From: Somniosus microcephalus
Lineage: Eukaryota
DNA length: 64,000 nt
NCBI GenBank assembly: GCA_052327205.1
Contig: CM126203.1
Location: 146,196,001-146,260,000 of the forward strand
Direction of reading: 5' to 3'
A program made the position numbers and the translations under genes. How positions within the stretch are numbered: position 1 is the stretch's first letter; the number at the start of each line of letters is the position of its first letter. Shown here piece after piece: positions 38,934 through 51,655 of this stretch. Below the pieces are notes generated by a model. It made no database searches and was not told where the DNA came from. It saw only the letters and a program-made list of their open reading frames with translations.

Positions 38934-39729
38934 GCCTTACCTGGTCTCTGGGACTTTTATACCCCGCTCTGCCGGTCGAGATTCCCGCCGACGCTGTGAG
39001 GCCTTACCTGGTCTCTGGGACTTTTATACCCCGCTCTCCCGGTCGAGATTCCCGCCGACGCTGTGAGACCTTACCTGGTCTCTGGGACTTTTATACCCCG
39101 CTCTGCCGGTCGAGATTCCCGCCGACGCTGTGAGGCCTTACCTGGTCTCTGGGACTTTTATACCCCGTTCTGCCGCTCGAGATTCCCGCCGACGCTGTGA
39201 GGCCTTACCTGGTCTCTGGGACTTTTATACCCCGCTCTGCCGCTTGAGATTCCCGCCGACGCTGTGAGGCCTTACCTGGTCTCTGGTGACTTTTATACCC
39301 CGCTCTGCCGCTCAGGTTTCCCGCCGACGCTGTGAGGCCTTACCTGGTCTCTGGGGACTTTTATACCCCGCTCTGCCGCTCAGGTTTCCCGCCGACGCTG
39401 TGAGGCCTTACCTGGTCTCTGGGGACTTTTATACCCCGCTCTGCCGCTCAGGTTTCCCGCCGACGCTGTGAGGCCTTACCTGGTCTCTGGGGACTTTTAT
39501 ACCCCGCTCTGCCGCTCAGGTTTCCCACCGACGCTGTGAGGCCTTACCTGGTCTCTGGGGACTTTTATACCCCGCTCTGCCGCTCAGGATTCCCGCCGAC
39601 GCTGTGCGGCCTTACCTGGTCTCTGGGGACTTTTATACCCCGCTCTGCCACTCAGGTTTCCCGCCGACGCTGTGAGGCCTTACCTGGTCTCTGGGGACTT
39701 TTATACCCCGCTCTGCCGCTCAGGTTTCC
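38934..39729 (-). repeat. tandem array of 11.8 x 67/68-bp monomers at the CR1 5' end (putative promoter)
   Basis: Unit (+) GCCTTACCTGGTCTCTGGG(G)ACTTTTATACCCCGCTCTGCCG...CCCGCCGACGCTGTGAG. On the minus strand each unit has TATAAAAG and CAG|GTAAGG. Confidence 0.92.
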
Positions 39730-41428
39730 GACACAAATACACCTGCCATTACACTCATTCACAATCACCACTCTTTCTCTCCCAGGAAAAATTAGCACAA
39801 CAGGTGACAGCAGAACCTGACTGAGGGAAGGGAAGCACAAATTCATGATATCACTCCCCTTGAGGAGGCAGTGCTGGCCATGATCGGGAGGGGAGTGGCA
39901 GACCCCATGGTCAGAGGCAGAGTAGGGGGCATCTTGCATAGAGGTATGTGGCCACTGCAGCTTCCTTGCAGATGCTGAACTATTCCTGATCCCTAATCAC
40001 CCAAAGCTATCCTCACTCCCAACCTCCATATGGTGTCATCACACACATCCTGCTATAGTGGCCACATGCGCTGTACCCTAACCCTTGCAGGCTTCCAGGA
40101 GCAAGATGCACCTCACCCCGTGAGGCAGGTTCAGCAAGAGCAACAGGCACCTCGCCACCTGGAGGAAGAGGAGGATGAGGAGACGAAGGAGGAGAGCGAG
40201 GACGAATGCATTGTGTCAATGGCTACCACTGTTGAAGGCACCAGCTCAGAGACCGGCACCACGCGCAACTTAGAGGCTAGCTTAGAAGAGGGCTCTCAGT
40301 GGGATGCATCGGGCACTAGCTGGCAGCAGCCTCGCCAGGTGGAAGGGACACCACAGGTGCCACCTTTCCGGGGGGCAAGGTCACATACTAGTTCTGCTGC
40401 AGAGTATTCAGATGAGGACCTCACAAGGCCAAGCTTCAGAAGAAGGCTGATGAGTGCGACAAACCAAATGCTTGGTGCAATGAAGAGCCTGCCTGCCTGA
40501 AAGCCTACTGGTCATGTCTAGGGGGATAGAGGAGTCCGCTTCTACCTTGGTCCATGGCTGGACGCAGAGCCTAGAACCCATCCTCTCCAGCATGGAGAGG
40601 CTGGTGACTTCCTGGTGGAGCCTGACATCATGCAGCATCTGATGACTGAGGTCATAGCTTCCACTGCAGTAATTGCAGCTTGGATGGAGTGGCAAACTAC
40701 TGCCATGGAAGCTCAGTCAGCTGCCATGGTGGCTCTGGGCTCCTCGGCTGAAAGGGGCTTGCAGAGTGTCTCCGATGCCCACAGGTCTGTCCTCCACCAG
40801 GTCATCGGGCGGGCTGAACCGAGGCTCCGTGGTAGTGGTGTGGGAATTATGGAGCAGGAACCGACTGGCCTCTCTCCGGATATCAGCATTGCTGCTCCCT
40901 CCCCCGCCACTCCACCATTGCGCTTGCTGTTGCCGGTCAGCCAGGCGGCCCAGATTGCTGAAGCCCATGCTGAGATAGTGCAGTCTGAGGTGGGGCCATC
41001 ACGGCCACAGCTTCTCGAGGGCGTCCCAGGAGGACGTCTGAACTGTCCTCTTCAGATTCTGAGCGTCCATCCACCTCGCGTGCTGCTGCCACTGGGGTTG
41101 CACTTCGTAGAAGCACTAATTACACAAGAACACTTATAGATAACCACTAAGGGTAAGCACCAGGGTGAATAGTTTAATATTTTTAAGTGATGTTGGTTCT
41201 GTCATGTTTACATATTTTGTTTCTGATGTATATAAACAGTGATTATGGTCATTGGGTAGTGGTGGAATCGGTGGTCTTTTTTATTTAGATCTTCATGGGA
41301 AAGGGGCTGAAAGAATTGAGTGCTGATGATGGACTGCCTGATGGATCCTAAGTCATGGCAGGTACCTCATGTGGCCACAGTACTCTGGATTCTGATGGTG
41401 GAGCACGTCTCTCAGAAACGCTGTTCAA

Positions 41429-42520
41429 TTAGATGGTGGCGAGCGGCCCTCCTAGCTGCGGCCCTGGAAGGCTCTGGTGCTCCCCCAGTCCTCCTCCTCC
41501 ACCTCCTCCTGTTGTGGCTCCTGAGGATGACCCCCTGGCACAATTGCTGGTGGTAACGGCTGGTCTCTCATGATTGCCAGATTGTGGAGCATGCAGCAAA
41601 TCACCACGAATGTGGACACCTTCTTGGCCGAGTACTGCAGGGCACATCCTGACTGGTTAAGGCATCTAAACCTCTGCTTGAGATCCCCAGTGGTCTGCTC
41701 AGTGATATTCCTGGTGGCTGAGTGGCTCTCACTGTATGAGTACTCAGCTGGTGTTCGGGGATTTCTCAGGAGAGTAACGAGCCATGGCATCAGAAGGTAT
41801 CCCTGGTCACTTAGTAGCCAGCCATGCACATTGCTCTGGGGCTCAAAGATCTGTGGGACGGATGACTGTCTAATTATAAATGCTCCCTGGATAGCAGGTA
41901 TGATGCGCTGCTGGTGGTTGCAGACAAGCTGTACATTGAGGGAAATGGAATCCCTTCCTGTTCCTGAACATCTGAGTTTAAATGAGATCCTCACATGACC
42001 ACATGTGTACAGTCAATGGCTCCCTAGCCCATGGGGAATGCCGCAATCCTGTTGAATCCTAGTGCTGTTTGTCTCTGGTGTTCTCTGGCAATAGGGAATG
42101 ATATGTAGTCATTCCTCAAATCCTATAGAGCCGCAGAGACCTCCCTTAAGCAGAAGTACACAGAGGATTGTGAGATGTGACTTACATCACCTGTGGCAGC
42201 CTGGAAGGTTCCAGTAGCATAAAAGTTAATTGCTACTGTGACCTTGGCCGCCACAGGCAATGCAGTCAGTCTCATTAGCTGTGCTGCAATGTCTGTGTCT
42301 TCCTTCCACGAGGCTACAGACCTCTGTAATGACCTCCTTGGTAAAGTGCAGTCTCCTCATGCACTGGTCTTGGGTCATGTGAATGTAGGAGTATTGCTCT
42401 CTGAATACACTGGGTGGTTACGGCCTCCTGCTGAGAGCCCTCCTGTCCCTCACTCCTGCAGCAGCTGGTATTGCTCTGCCTAGCCTCATCTCCTCCTCCA
42501 AATCGTCATGTAGAACAAGG
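41429..42520 (-). pseudogene. Harbinger (HARBI1-like) DDE transposase
   Basis: GAIDCTHV (~42010), SLNVQLVC, GWLLSDQGY, HSATRNITEQTTGDLKQRFRCL, CCMLHNLA. Confidence 0.88.
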
Positions 42521-44254
42521 GGTACCCTTATCAAGATGCCCCTTTCTCCTGGTGACTCCTGTAAGCTGTCCAATAAGGCAGAGTAGCACAGCACTCACTC
42601 TTTTTGGGTAAAGCCCTTACAGAATATCTGGGAAAAATGTTGATAGAGTGTTGGTGAAGTCTTGACAAAGTGTTCCAGAAAGTCTCCCAATGTGTCTCAA
42701 AAGTCCTCTTCAAACGCATGTAATCAGTCGCTCTCAATCAGCAAGTGAACATTGAAAGCTGAGCATGGCTTTAAGTAGAGCTCAAAATACTCAGCAAGGA
42801 CTTGTTTACTTCTGTTCAGCTGGTTGGTGTTAGGAGAGGATGTTAAATTAAGCGCTATCCATCAGAGTAGCGTGCAGCCTATTTATGAGCGCTAGCAGGT
42901 AATTTAATTGTCAATCAGCCACTTAATGATCCTCCAGGCGGCCGTTCCGAGTGCTGGCTTCAACTCCTTTACCAAGATGGTGTATTGCGCTCAACGCAGA
43001 CTAAACCGGCATTGCAGCTTAAAACTCCATCTTGGCCACCTCTTTACCTAAAGTATTTGCCAAAACAGCCCCCAGGTAGAGAAAAAAATGACAGACTACT
43101 TAAATTTATTTTTTCTTATTTAAATCAGTTTAGATTTGATCGCAGATTATGTTTCCAATAATTAGAGGAGCTTCAAAATGTCAAACTTGAAGAAATATGT
43201 CTACCAAATATGAGCAAGCATATTTAAATTATGCGTTAATAATCCGTAAACGTATTATAGTAAATTTTCCATCATTCACGCCATTGCAGTGCTGGCTGCG
43301 CTGATTTTTTTCTGCCATACAGTATTGCTATGGTAGGCGGAGATGGCATTTAAAATTCAAATCTTCCAAAGGCAGTGTAATTGTTCATGGGGTAATTAAT
43401 TGCACTCCTGAAGCTGGGTTTTTACATTTTAAAAATATTTTGTACCCTTTTCAGCTTCCCCAGAGAGAATAAACCTTGCTCTACTGTTGCAAGGTCCCAA
43501 GACCTACACAACAGATTTCCCACCATTCCTCCAAGTGCGCTGCATGGAGCAGATAGTAATCCTGCTCGGTGCCACCAAAACCAAGCTAATGAGACTGATC
43601 CCAGGAAATTCTCTGGGGTCAGTGGGCATTTTTTGAGCACCCCACCGCACTGTGAGGAAAATCCCATCCTATTTGCATTATTTAATTCTTTGTAGCTATA
43701 GTTGTATATACTGACATCAACAACAATTCTATTTCCCTCTGTCAGCCAACCAAGCTCAGTTGTGGAAGAAGACCATTCTCCGTTCTCCTTGGAGGGTATG
43801 TTGAGCAGGAGAGAATTGCTATATAATTAACTAAGCACCAAAAAATCAAAACAGCAGAAAATTGGAAATCTGCCTGTGACTTTTGCTGGTGCAGCTGACC
43901 GTTTTACAGAGTACAGTTCCTGAGCAGTAAATCTAGGATCAGATTAATTCTTTTTAGCATGGTCCAAAATACAAAGGAAATTTAGTTCTTAAACGATTAT
44001 TCAACCACATGTTGTCATGTTAATCATGTAATCAGCTTATTATTGATAATTTAAAGTTAATATATATTCGACTAGTTCAATTTTCTATTGATGTTTATAA
44101 TATATAAACCCAGATTTTTCAATAAATACTGCCAGATTTTTGGATGATATTTCTGGTGGTTGGTATTGCAAAATGAGCCGAAGTTCCACCCTGTGTTAAA
44201 TGCGTAGGACTGGCACATCCACTGACAGTAACAGTCAGCCATGGCCTAAAGCTG

Positions 44255-45127
44255 GGGCCGCGATTTTGTCAATGGATGCGGGTTGGGAGCGGGTCAGGTG
44301 GTTTCCGGCTTCCAGTCTCGGCACCAATTGCATCCGGCCCACTGACGTGATTTTACGTTTATTGATCTTGTAAAGCACTGCGGGCTTGCCGGCCAATTAA
44401 GAGGAAGCCAGTCAGATGACGTCATTTGATGAAGCGTCATCTGCCGGTTTTCTTAAAGGGACCATGCACAACTTTTCTTTGATAGCTAATTTCTCAGTGT
44501 TTGACAGCATTGAGGTGCTGCAAACACTGACAATCAGGGTACAAAGGTGAACTCTTGCACCCAGGCTCTCCAATGACTCCCTCCATAGGCTGGAACAGAT
44601 GGTAGCTGCAGGTGAGGTGACAGAAGCGATCTGTCACTGGTGAGAGAGGTTCTCCCAATGAGGTGGCACTAGACATCGTTTTCAAAACCTGTTACCTAAA
44701 GAAATATGTAAATGCATTAAAAATGATTTTCCCAACATTTTCTTACCTCTGAGACTCACCAGTGCACCATTGGATCCTTCACACCACTTCTGCAGCTGTC
44801 ATCAATGCAGAAAGATTACAGCAACTCACAACATGCCACACTTACCTGGCGTGGTGTCCAGACATCAGGTAGCCCGAGGCAGAAGTGGCAAAATTAAAAA
44901 ATAGCCTGACAACTACTCTCAACTACCTGTTAACAGGCAGGTAATTGGCTTTAAACCTCTTCCCGCTGCTAGGTATCGGGTCCATGTGCAAATCGGGGAC
45001 CCGACACTTGGGAAAATTGTTTGAAGGCGGGTTGATGGCGGGATCGGACCCCGCTGTCAATCAAAATGATTTTAACCTTTGACCTGCCTCCAAACCCGCC
45101 CCCTCAGTGCCGATAAAATCACGGCCT
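44255..45127. mobile_element. Harbinger-type MITE (shorter derivative of the 25083/61731 family)
   Basis: TIR GGCCGCGATTTT / AAAATCACGGCC; shares the GATGACGTCATTTGATGA..CTTAAAGGGACCATG block. Confidence 0.75.
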
Positions 45128-46100
45128 TGGTCGCTATCTCCTTGCAGGTATCCTGCAATACTGATCTATGGGGATGGTACTGTAGATTGCCACAGTGGGC
45201 AGCCTTCCTACTCAACCACCTAATGCACTACGACATCCACTACAGCAACCAAACAGGATTTGTCAATTTTTTTGTTTTATAATACTCCTGTGAAGCACCT
45301 TGGGATGTTTTACTACGTTAAAGGAGCTATATAAATATAAGTTGTTGTTGTTGTTGCTGGGCTGCTCTGCCACTTTCCCGCTGACTCATGCCTGCAGTTT
45401 ATGTTTCATGTTCCCTGCCTCTTTTTTGTCCCTGTCACCCTTCCCCCAGCCTTGGCAAAGCAATCAAATGGTTGAAGATGCCTTTTGATGCTCTCCAAAG
45501 TCTTTCATAATATTTGTCTCCCGATAGTGGCACTCCCCTTTAATTGTAAACTTCCACACAGTTTTTTGCTTCTGCCATTAATATGCTCCCTACACCCATT
45601 CAAATCTGGACCTAAAGCTATGCTAAAGAGCTGACCTACTAGCCCATAATTTCAGCCGTGCAGTGCCCGATTTTCAGGCACTAATCAGCCTATTATGCCT
45701 CCAGTATGTCGGGCAGGAAGCGCACCCACATTTCCAGCCAAAAGTGCGCTACCCGCCATATTGGAAAAGCAGATCACGCTGGCAGCAGGAACATTTAAAG
45801 GGAGAAATGATTTATTTAAATTAGGGTCCTGCGCTTCTTGCAGGAGACATTCCCAATTTTGAACACTCCAGCGATTCTCACACCATTTGCTGAACTCACA
45901 CAGCATAGTGTCGCGCAAACCGGCAGAACGGCCATCATATTTGCCTGAATGTGGAGCCCAAAGGAGCAGGAGAAGGAGTGCTCCACATTAAAAGAACATG
46001 GGCTGCTCCTCCCCCACCACCAGCTACTTCTCCTCCCCCTCCACCGGCCGCTTCTCCAACCCCCTGCCCGAGGCATGATTGCCCAAACTTCCTCACCTAC

Positions 46101-49100
46101 TGTTACATAGTTATGTTGGGACTACATTGTACAAGTGTACTAACACTCAAACCAAGTGTAGCAGCACTATGATGCTGGGAAAGTAGTGCGCAGGCGCCGT
46201 ACAGGCACTCGGAAATATCACCCCGCACCATGCGGCAGGCAGCCATTACAACTCAAATAAAATAGTAGTTTATAATTACAAACTACCGAGTCCAGAGGCG
46301 TCTTTACAAAGCACTACGAGCGCTAGAAGACATAACATGGTGGCAGCGGTATAAGTGAGTAAAACTTACGCACATAAAAACTATATCAGATTGAAGAAAG
46401 AAATTTACAAGTAAACTCTGCAGCGTTTTAACTGCGAATCGTATGGGCAGCTAAAATGGCGGCGTCCAATGCACTGACCGCAAATATGCTCCTCATCATG
46501 AACTGAGAAGCTGACGATATCGTGGAAGCGTTCCGGAAATTTAAGCAAAAATGCGAGCTTACATTTAAAAGTTTCCTGAAAGGCTCCTCCGATGAGGAAA
46601 AAGTCAGCTACATTATACTGTGGGCGGGAGAAAAAGGCTTAGATCTCTACAACAGCTGGAGTTTATCCGAAGAGGATAAAACGAACCCTACGGAGATTTA
46701 TGAAAGGTTCAGTAACCATCTCGAGCCTAAATCAAACCACCTCATACACAGGTATAAATTCCAAAGCTTAAGACAGGAACCTGGTGAAACAGCTGACAAT
46801 TTCCTGACAAGATTAAAAAACGAAGCCAGCAAATGCAAGTTTACGGAACTAGAAGAAAGGCTGGTAGACCAATTAATATGGGGATCAGCACATACAGAAG
46901 TGCAAAAAGAACTAATAGGAAAAGAAAAGCTCGGAATATCAGAAGCCATAGATACAGTGAGGGCTCACGAAGCCACAAAACAACAGATGAAAACACTGAA
47001 TACTCATACGGCTGACGTGCGGACAACTCCTGAACCAGATCACAGAGTAGATGCAGTGCGCGAAAAGCACAGCACACAAAAACAAGTATATGACAGCGGG
47101 AAGAATACGTGCAGAAACTGCGGAAGACAACACGACTACACAGACAGAAGAAAATGCCCAGCGTATGGAACAAGCTGCAACACATGTGGTAAAGCAAACC
47201 ACTGGCAAAAGATGTGCAGAGCTAAAAGAGAGGGGCTACACACCAAAAGCAGAGGTGGACAGCAGAACCAACAAAAGAAAAATAAAATCCATACCATGGG
47301 TGAGCAAGATGACGAAGACTGCGGGTACGACAAAGCTCTGGACATTGAAACCATAAAGGTTCTCTTACATGAAACGTCCAGAGCGGAAAGCACCCCAAAG
47401 AAAGAATGGCACACTATCATCCAGATTAAAAAGAGGACCGAAGGACAGCCCACAACCGTCAATCTAAAAGTAAAGTTGGACACAGGAGCTCAGAGCAACA
47501 TCCTTCCACTGAGGCTATACCAGAGGATCTTCCCCGAAAACTTGGGCGAAGATAGATACCCGAAAAGAGGATGTTTAAAAGCAAACAACGTCATGCTGAC
47601 AGCGTATGGGGGGAGCGAGATCAGACAACTCGGAACAACCTATATAAAAGGAACACACAAAAGCAGAAAAATCAACTGCATGTTCTATGTGACCGACTCC
47701 GAGGGACCGGCGATCCTGGGACTAAACAGCTGCGAGAAGCTGGGGTTAATCTCGGTAAACCACGAACTAACAAAAACATCACTGAAAGTCGACAGCAACA
47801 CCCCAATGGAAATTCGTCCACAAATCATGGACACGAAACATTTGATGGACATGTATCCAGAGTGTTTTGATGACACTGTAGGATGCTTCAGGGAGTTCAA
47901 GTACCATATAACAATAGATCCAGAGGTAAAACCCGTCATCCACGCTCCAAGAAAAATACCCATCGAGCTAAAAGAAAAATTATACACCGAACTAAAAGAA
48001 ATGGAAGAGAAAGAAATAATCGCAAAGGTCACTGAACCCACAGACTGGGTAAACTCGATTGTGGTACGGGAAAAGCCGAACGGGCGGCTCAGAATCTGTC
48101 TGGACCCCAAAGACTTAAACCAGGCAATAAAGTGGGACCACTACCCCACAGCAACATTAGAAGAAATCACACCAGCACTGGCAGGAGCCAAAGTCTTCTC
48201 CAAACTGGATGCCAGAAACGGCTACTGGAATGTAAAACTGGACGAAGAATCAACTAACCTGACGACTTTTAATACACCATTGGGGCATTATAATTTCCTG
48301 CGGCTGCCATTCGGGTTGAAAGTCAGCCAAGACATCTTCCAACAGAAGATCGATGAAACATACAAAGGCTGTGAAGGAGCCATTGGAATCGCTGATGACA
48401 GCCAAGTTTACGGAACAAATGAAAGAGACCACGACGTGCACTTGCACGAGGCCATGGAGCGCACCAGAACAGCTGGCATCAAGCTGAACGCCGAGAAGTG
48501 CATTGTTAAAAATACGAAATGCAAATTTTTTGGCATGATCTACACACCGGAGGGTGTCAAGCCTAATCCCGAAAAGGTCGAGGCGATAGCAGAGATGAAA
48601 CCTCGAAACGACAAGAAGGAGCTGAGAAGCTACCTTGGCTTGGTGCAGTATATGAGCTCTTTCATCCCGAACATGTCAGACTACACAGTGAACCTAAGAG
48701 AATTACTAAAAGAAGACACCGAATACCAATGGTCAGAATCCCATGAGAGGAACTTCAAACACCTAAAGGAATTATTATGTAAAGAAACCAGCCTGTCTTA
48801 TTACGATAGAAAAAAACCTGTCACCCTACAGGTAGATGCCTCTACCAGGGGGCTAGGGGCAGCCCTCGTGCAAGAAGGAAAACCAATAGCTTTCGCATCG
48901 AAGGCATTGACATCAGCAGAGACAAGATATGCAAACATCGAAAGAGAACTATTGGCAGTAGTATACGGATGCGAAAAGTTCCACACCTAATACGGAAGAA
49001 AATTAGAGGTAGAGAGTGACCATCGTCCACTCAAACAAATTTACAAGAAAAACCTAAGCAAGGCCCCAGCAAGACTGCAAAGGTTAATGTTAAGACTCCA

Positions 49101-50410
49101 AAGTTACGACTTCGAATTAAAATACCGGCCAGGAAAAGAAATGGCACTGGCAGATGCATCGTCTCGATTGTCATCACATGAAAAACACGAGATGAAGGGA
49201 CTGACAGTATCCCAGAGAAGGTCATCTGCGACAATGGGACACAATTCACCTCCAGCGAATTCAGAGCACTGGCTGGAAAATACGGATTTAAAATAATTAC
49301 CTCATCCCCACATTACCCAAGGGGACACGGATTTATTGAAAGACAGATCCAAACAGTCAAAAGAGCTCTCATTAAAAGCAAGGAGATGGGAGAAGACCAA
49401 GACCTCGCCCTTTTGGCAATCAGATCGACACCTTTGAGAGCAGACTCGAAATCACCAGCAGAACTACTAAACGGTAGAAAATACAAAACAACTCTACCAG
49501 CAAAGATATATCCTCCCCAGGACCAAGAGGACGTTCGGCAGAGGCTGATGGAAACACAAGCTACGGGGAGCACACACTATAACAAGCATGCAAAACCACT
49601 ACCAGAACTGCTAAATGGGCAATCAGTGCATATACAAGATCCGTTGTTGAGAACATGGAGTCCAGCCAAGGTTATTGGAAAAGCTGATACTCCAAGATCT
49701 TACTTGGTAGAGACAGAACCTGGAAACCAATACAGGTGAAACAGGATCCATATCAGACCCTCACCTGAAGCTGTCAAACAGCGGACAACATTAACAGCAG
49801 TTACGGTACCAGACACAGAAAACAATATAACGCCAGAAACAAACACCTCAAATACAACAACTGCAAACATGCACTCTCCAGAGCCAAACACGACAGCACC
49901 GGCAACAAGAAATGAACACACCAAAACACCGCAGAAAGGAATAGTTACAGCCAAGTCCACAAGATGGAGGAGTAACATACAACCACCTGAGCGGTATCGC
50001 GAATAAGTATAAAGAGAATTATAATTCACACAGAACAGTAAAACAACATGGAAAAATATCTGTATATAAATTGAGCAAAGAAAGCTCACGTTCTGTATTT
50101 TTGTTAACGGTATTCAACTGGAAACATTGTAAAATAGAAAATTGATGTAATTAGTTTTGTTGGGAAAGAGGGATGTTACATAGTTATGTTGGGACTACAT
50201 TGTACAAGTGTACTAACACTCAAATCAAGTGTAGCAGCACTACGATGCTGGGAAAGTAGTGCGCAGGCGCCGCACAGGCACTCGGAAATATCACCCCGCA
50301 CCATGCGGCAGGCAACCATTACAACTCAAATAAAATAGTAGTTTATAATTACAAACTACCGAGTCCAGAGGCGTCTTTACAAAGCACTACGAGCGCTAGA
50401 AGACATAACA
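46101..50410 (+). mobile_element. Ty3/Gypsy LTR retrotransposon D (internally deleted)
   Basis: 237-bp LTRs 46101-46337 and 50174-50410 (~4 mismatches); TSD CCTAC; PBS TGGTGGCAGCGGT (tRNA-Leu); PPT GGGAAAGAGGGA. Confidence 0.97.
46456..50006 (+). pseudogene. gag-pol of Gypsy D
   Basis: 822-aa ORF with CCHC, LDTGA, IADD, VDAS. Stop at 48988. RNase H jumps to the integrase core (ICDNGTQF) at ~49200. Confidence 0.92.
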
Positions 50411-50469
50411 CCTACCTGAGGGCTTCTGTGACATCAGCAGCCACTCGGTTTTCAGTCCCAATTCACCGG

Positions 50470-50791
50470 TGAAAACAGAACTAGAGGACATAATTTAAGG
50501 ATAAGGGCTAAACCATTTAGGACAGAGATGAGGGGGAATTTCTTCACTCAGAGAGTGGTGAACCTGTGGAACTCATTGCCACAGAGGGCAGTGTACGCCA
50601 GCTCATTAAATATATTTAAGAGGGAATTAGATATATTTCTACGGGCAAAAGGGGTTAAGGGTTACGGAGAGAAGGCGGGGACGGGATACTGAATTAAAGG
50701 ATCAGCCATGATCTCATCGAATGGCGGAGCAGGCACGAAGGGCCGAATGGCCTACTCCTGCTCCTATCTTCTATGTATCTATGTATCTATG
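50470..50791 (+). mobile_element. CR1 3' fragment
   Basis: TRGHNLRIR...NFFTQRVVNLWNSLP; tail GGGCCGAATGGCCTACTCCTGCTCC + (TATCTATG)n. Confidence 0.88.
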
Positions 50792-51655
50792 TACCAGCAG
50801 CTCTGTGCGTACCTCTGGCTCCTTTGAATTGAGACACGAGGCCCAATATAGGGGGCCCCTTAGGCCTCACCATTCAGGCGCGGGGATTGAACTCTGCGGC
50901 CCCCACACGCCCAAAAATGGGTGCGGCTGAATTTCTAAGCCAATGGGTTCAAATAGCACACTTGCATTTAAGTCTGTCCAAATAACCATTGTTGTGTAAA
51001 TGACATCAGTATCAAAATATCTACACTACACAGACTCTGATAAGCAGGTAAATTCTAAATTCAGTTATGGCTGAGGCTAGCCAAGCAGTGGGGAAGTTGC
51101 AAGGGAAGCTTGCCTTCTTTAAGATATTTGTCCTACAAATGTAACTTCCCTGCATCTAGTGTCATATGTATCATTGTACATATTGCATCCTGTTGGACCT
51201 TTTAGCTACCTTTTTGTGACCTGCATCAGCTGGATTTATATTTTGCCCCTAAGTGATAGAGATTTTTTTAGTTCAGACAATATAATTTGTTCCTTATTTT
51301 GTGGACTCAAACTACTTTTTTATTTCAACAAGTTTTAAGTTCTAGGCTGTTCTAAAAATGATTTGTGCTAGTTCCTTATTTTATAATTTGTTTAAACTGA
51401 TGGAAAGCCTTTGCTGTAATAAATGGTCATGACAGGTGCTTTTTACAGACATTTACCCAGCACTGTTTCCAGTGGCAGAAGGGTCAGTAACCAGAAGACG
51501 CAGATTTAGGTAATTGTCAAAAGAACCAAAGGTGAAATGACGAAACATTTTTTACACAGTGAGTTGTTGTGATCTGGAATGCACTGCCTGAAAGGGTGGC
51601 GGAAGTAGATTCAATAGTAACTATCAGAAGTGAATTGGATAAATACTTGAAGGGA

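Larger units (their letters stand above)
34557..39730 (-). mobile_element. near full-length CR1 LINE in intron 1 of the Myb-like gene
   Basis: 5' monomer array, ORF1, EN-RT ORF2, doubled 3' tail ending (TTCTTATG)n. Confidence 0.95.
34121..41150 (+). pseudogene. Harbinger Myb/SANT-like DNA-binding protein gene (spliced; about 34121-34378, 39786-39943, 40091-41150)
   Basis: PRFSDVALEVLV...W...RTWLQCRKKFNNLT, then AAG|GTTAAG donor. Pyrimidine-tract CAG acceptors at 39785 and 40090. Acidic, low-complexity downstream exon. Stops and frameshifts. Confidence 0.7.
33886..43072. mobile_element. PIF/Harbinger DNA transposon, formerly autonomous (two convergent genes)
   Basis: Imperfect TIRs AGGGTTATTTTGGC / GCCAAAACAGCCCC; CAG on both flanks (CWG target); Myb/SANT gene on + and transposase on -. 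Confidence 0.8.
45641..50941. mobile_element. Harbinger-type MITE hosting Gypsy D and a CR1 3' fragment
   Basis: Imperfect TIRs GCCCATAATTTCAGCCG / CGGCTGAATTTCTAAGCC. Confidence 0.55.

Noticed and set aside
38934-39729. CRISPR-like array
   Set aside because: Units are contiguous near-identical monomers with no unique spacers and no cas genes, in a eukaryotic context
41452-41994. Domesticated host HARBI1 gene
   Set aside because: Frameshifted, flanked by TIRs/TSD and paired with a decayed Myb gene, so it is a transposon copy
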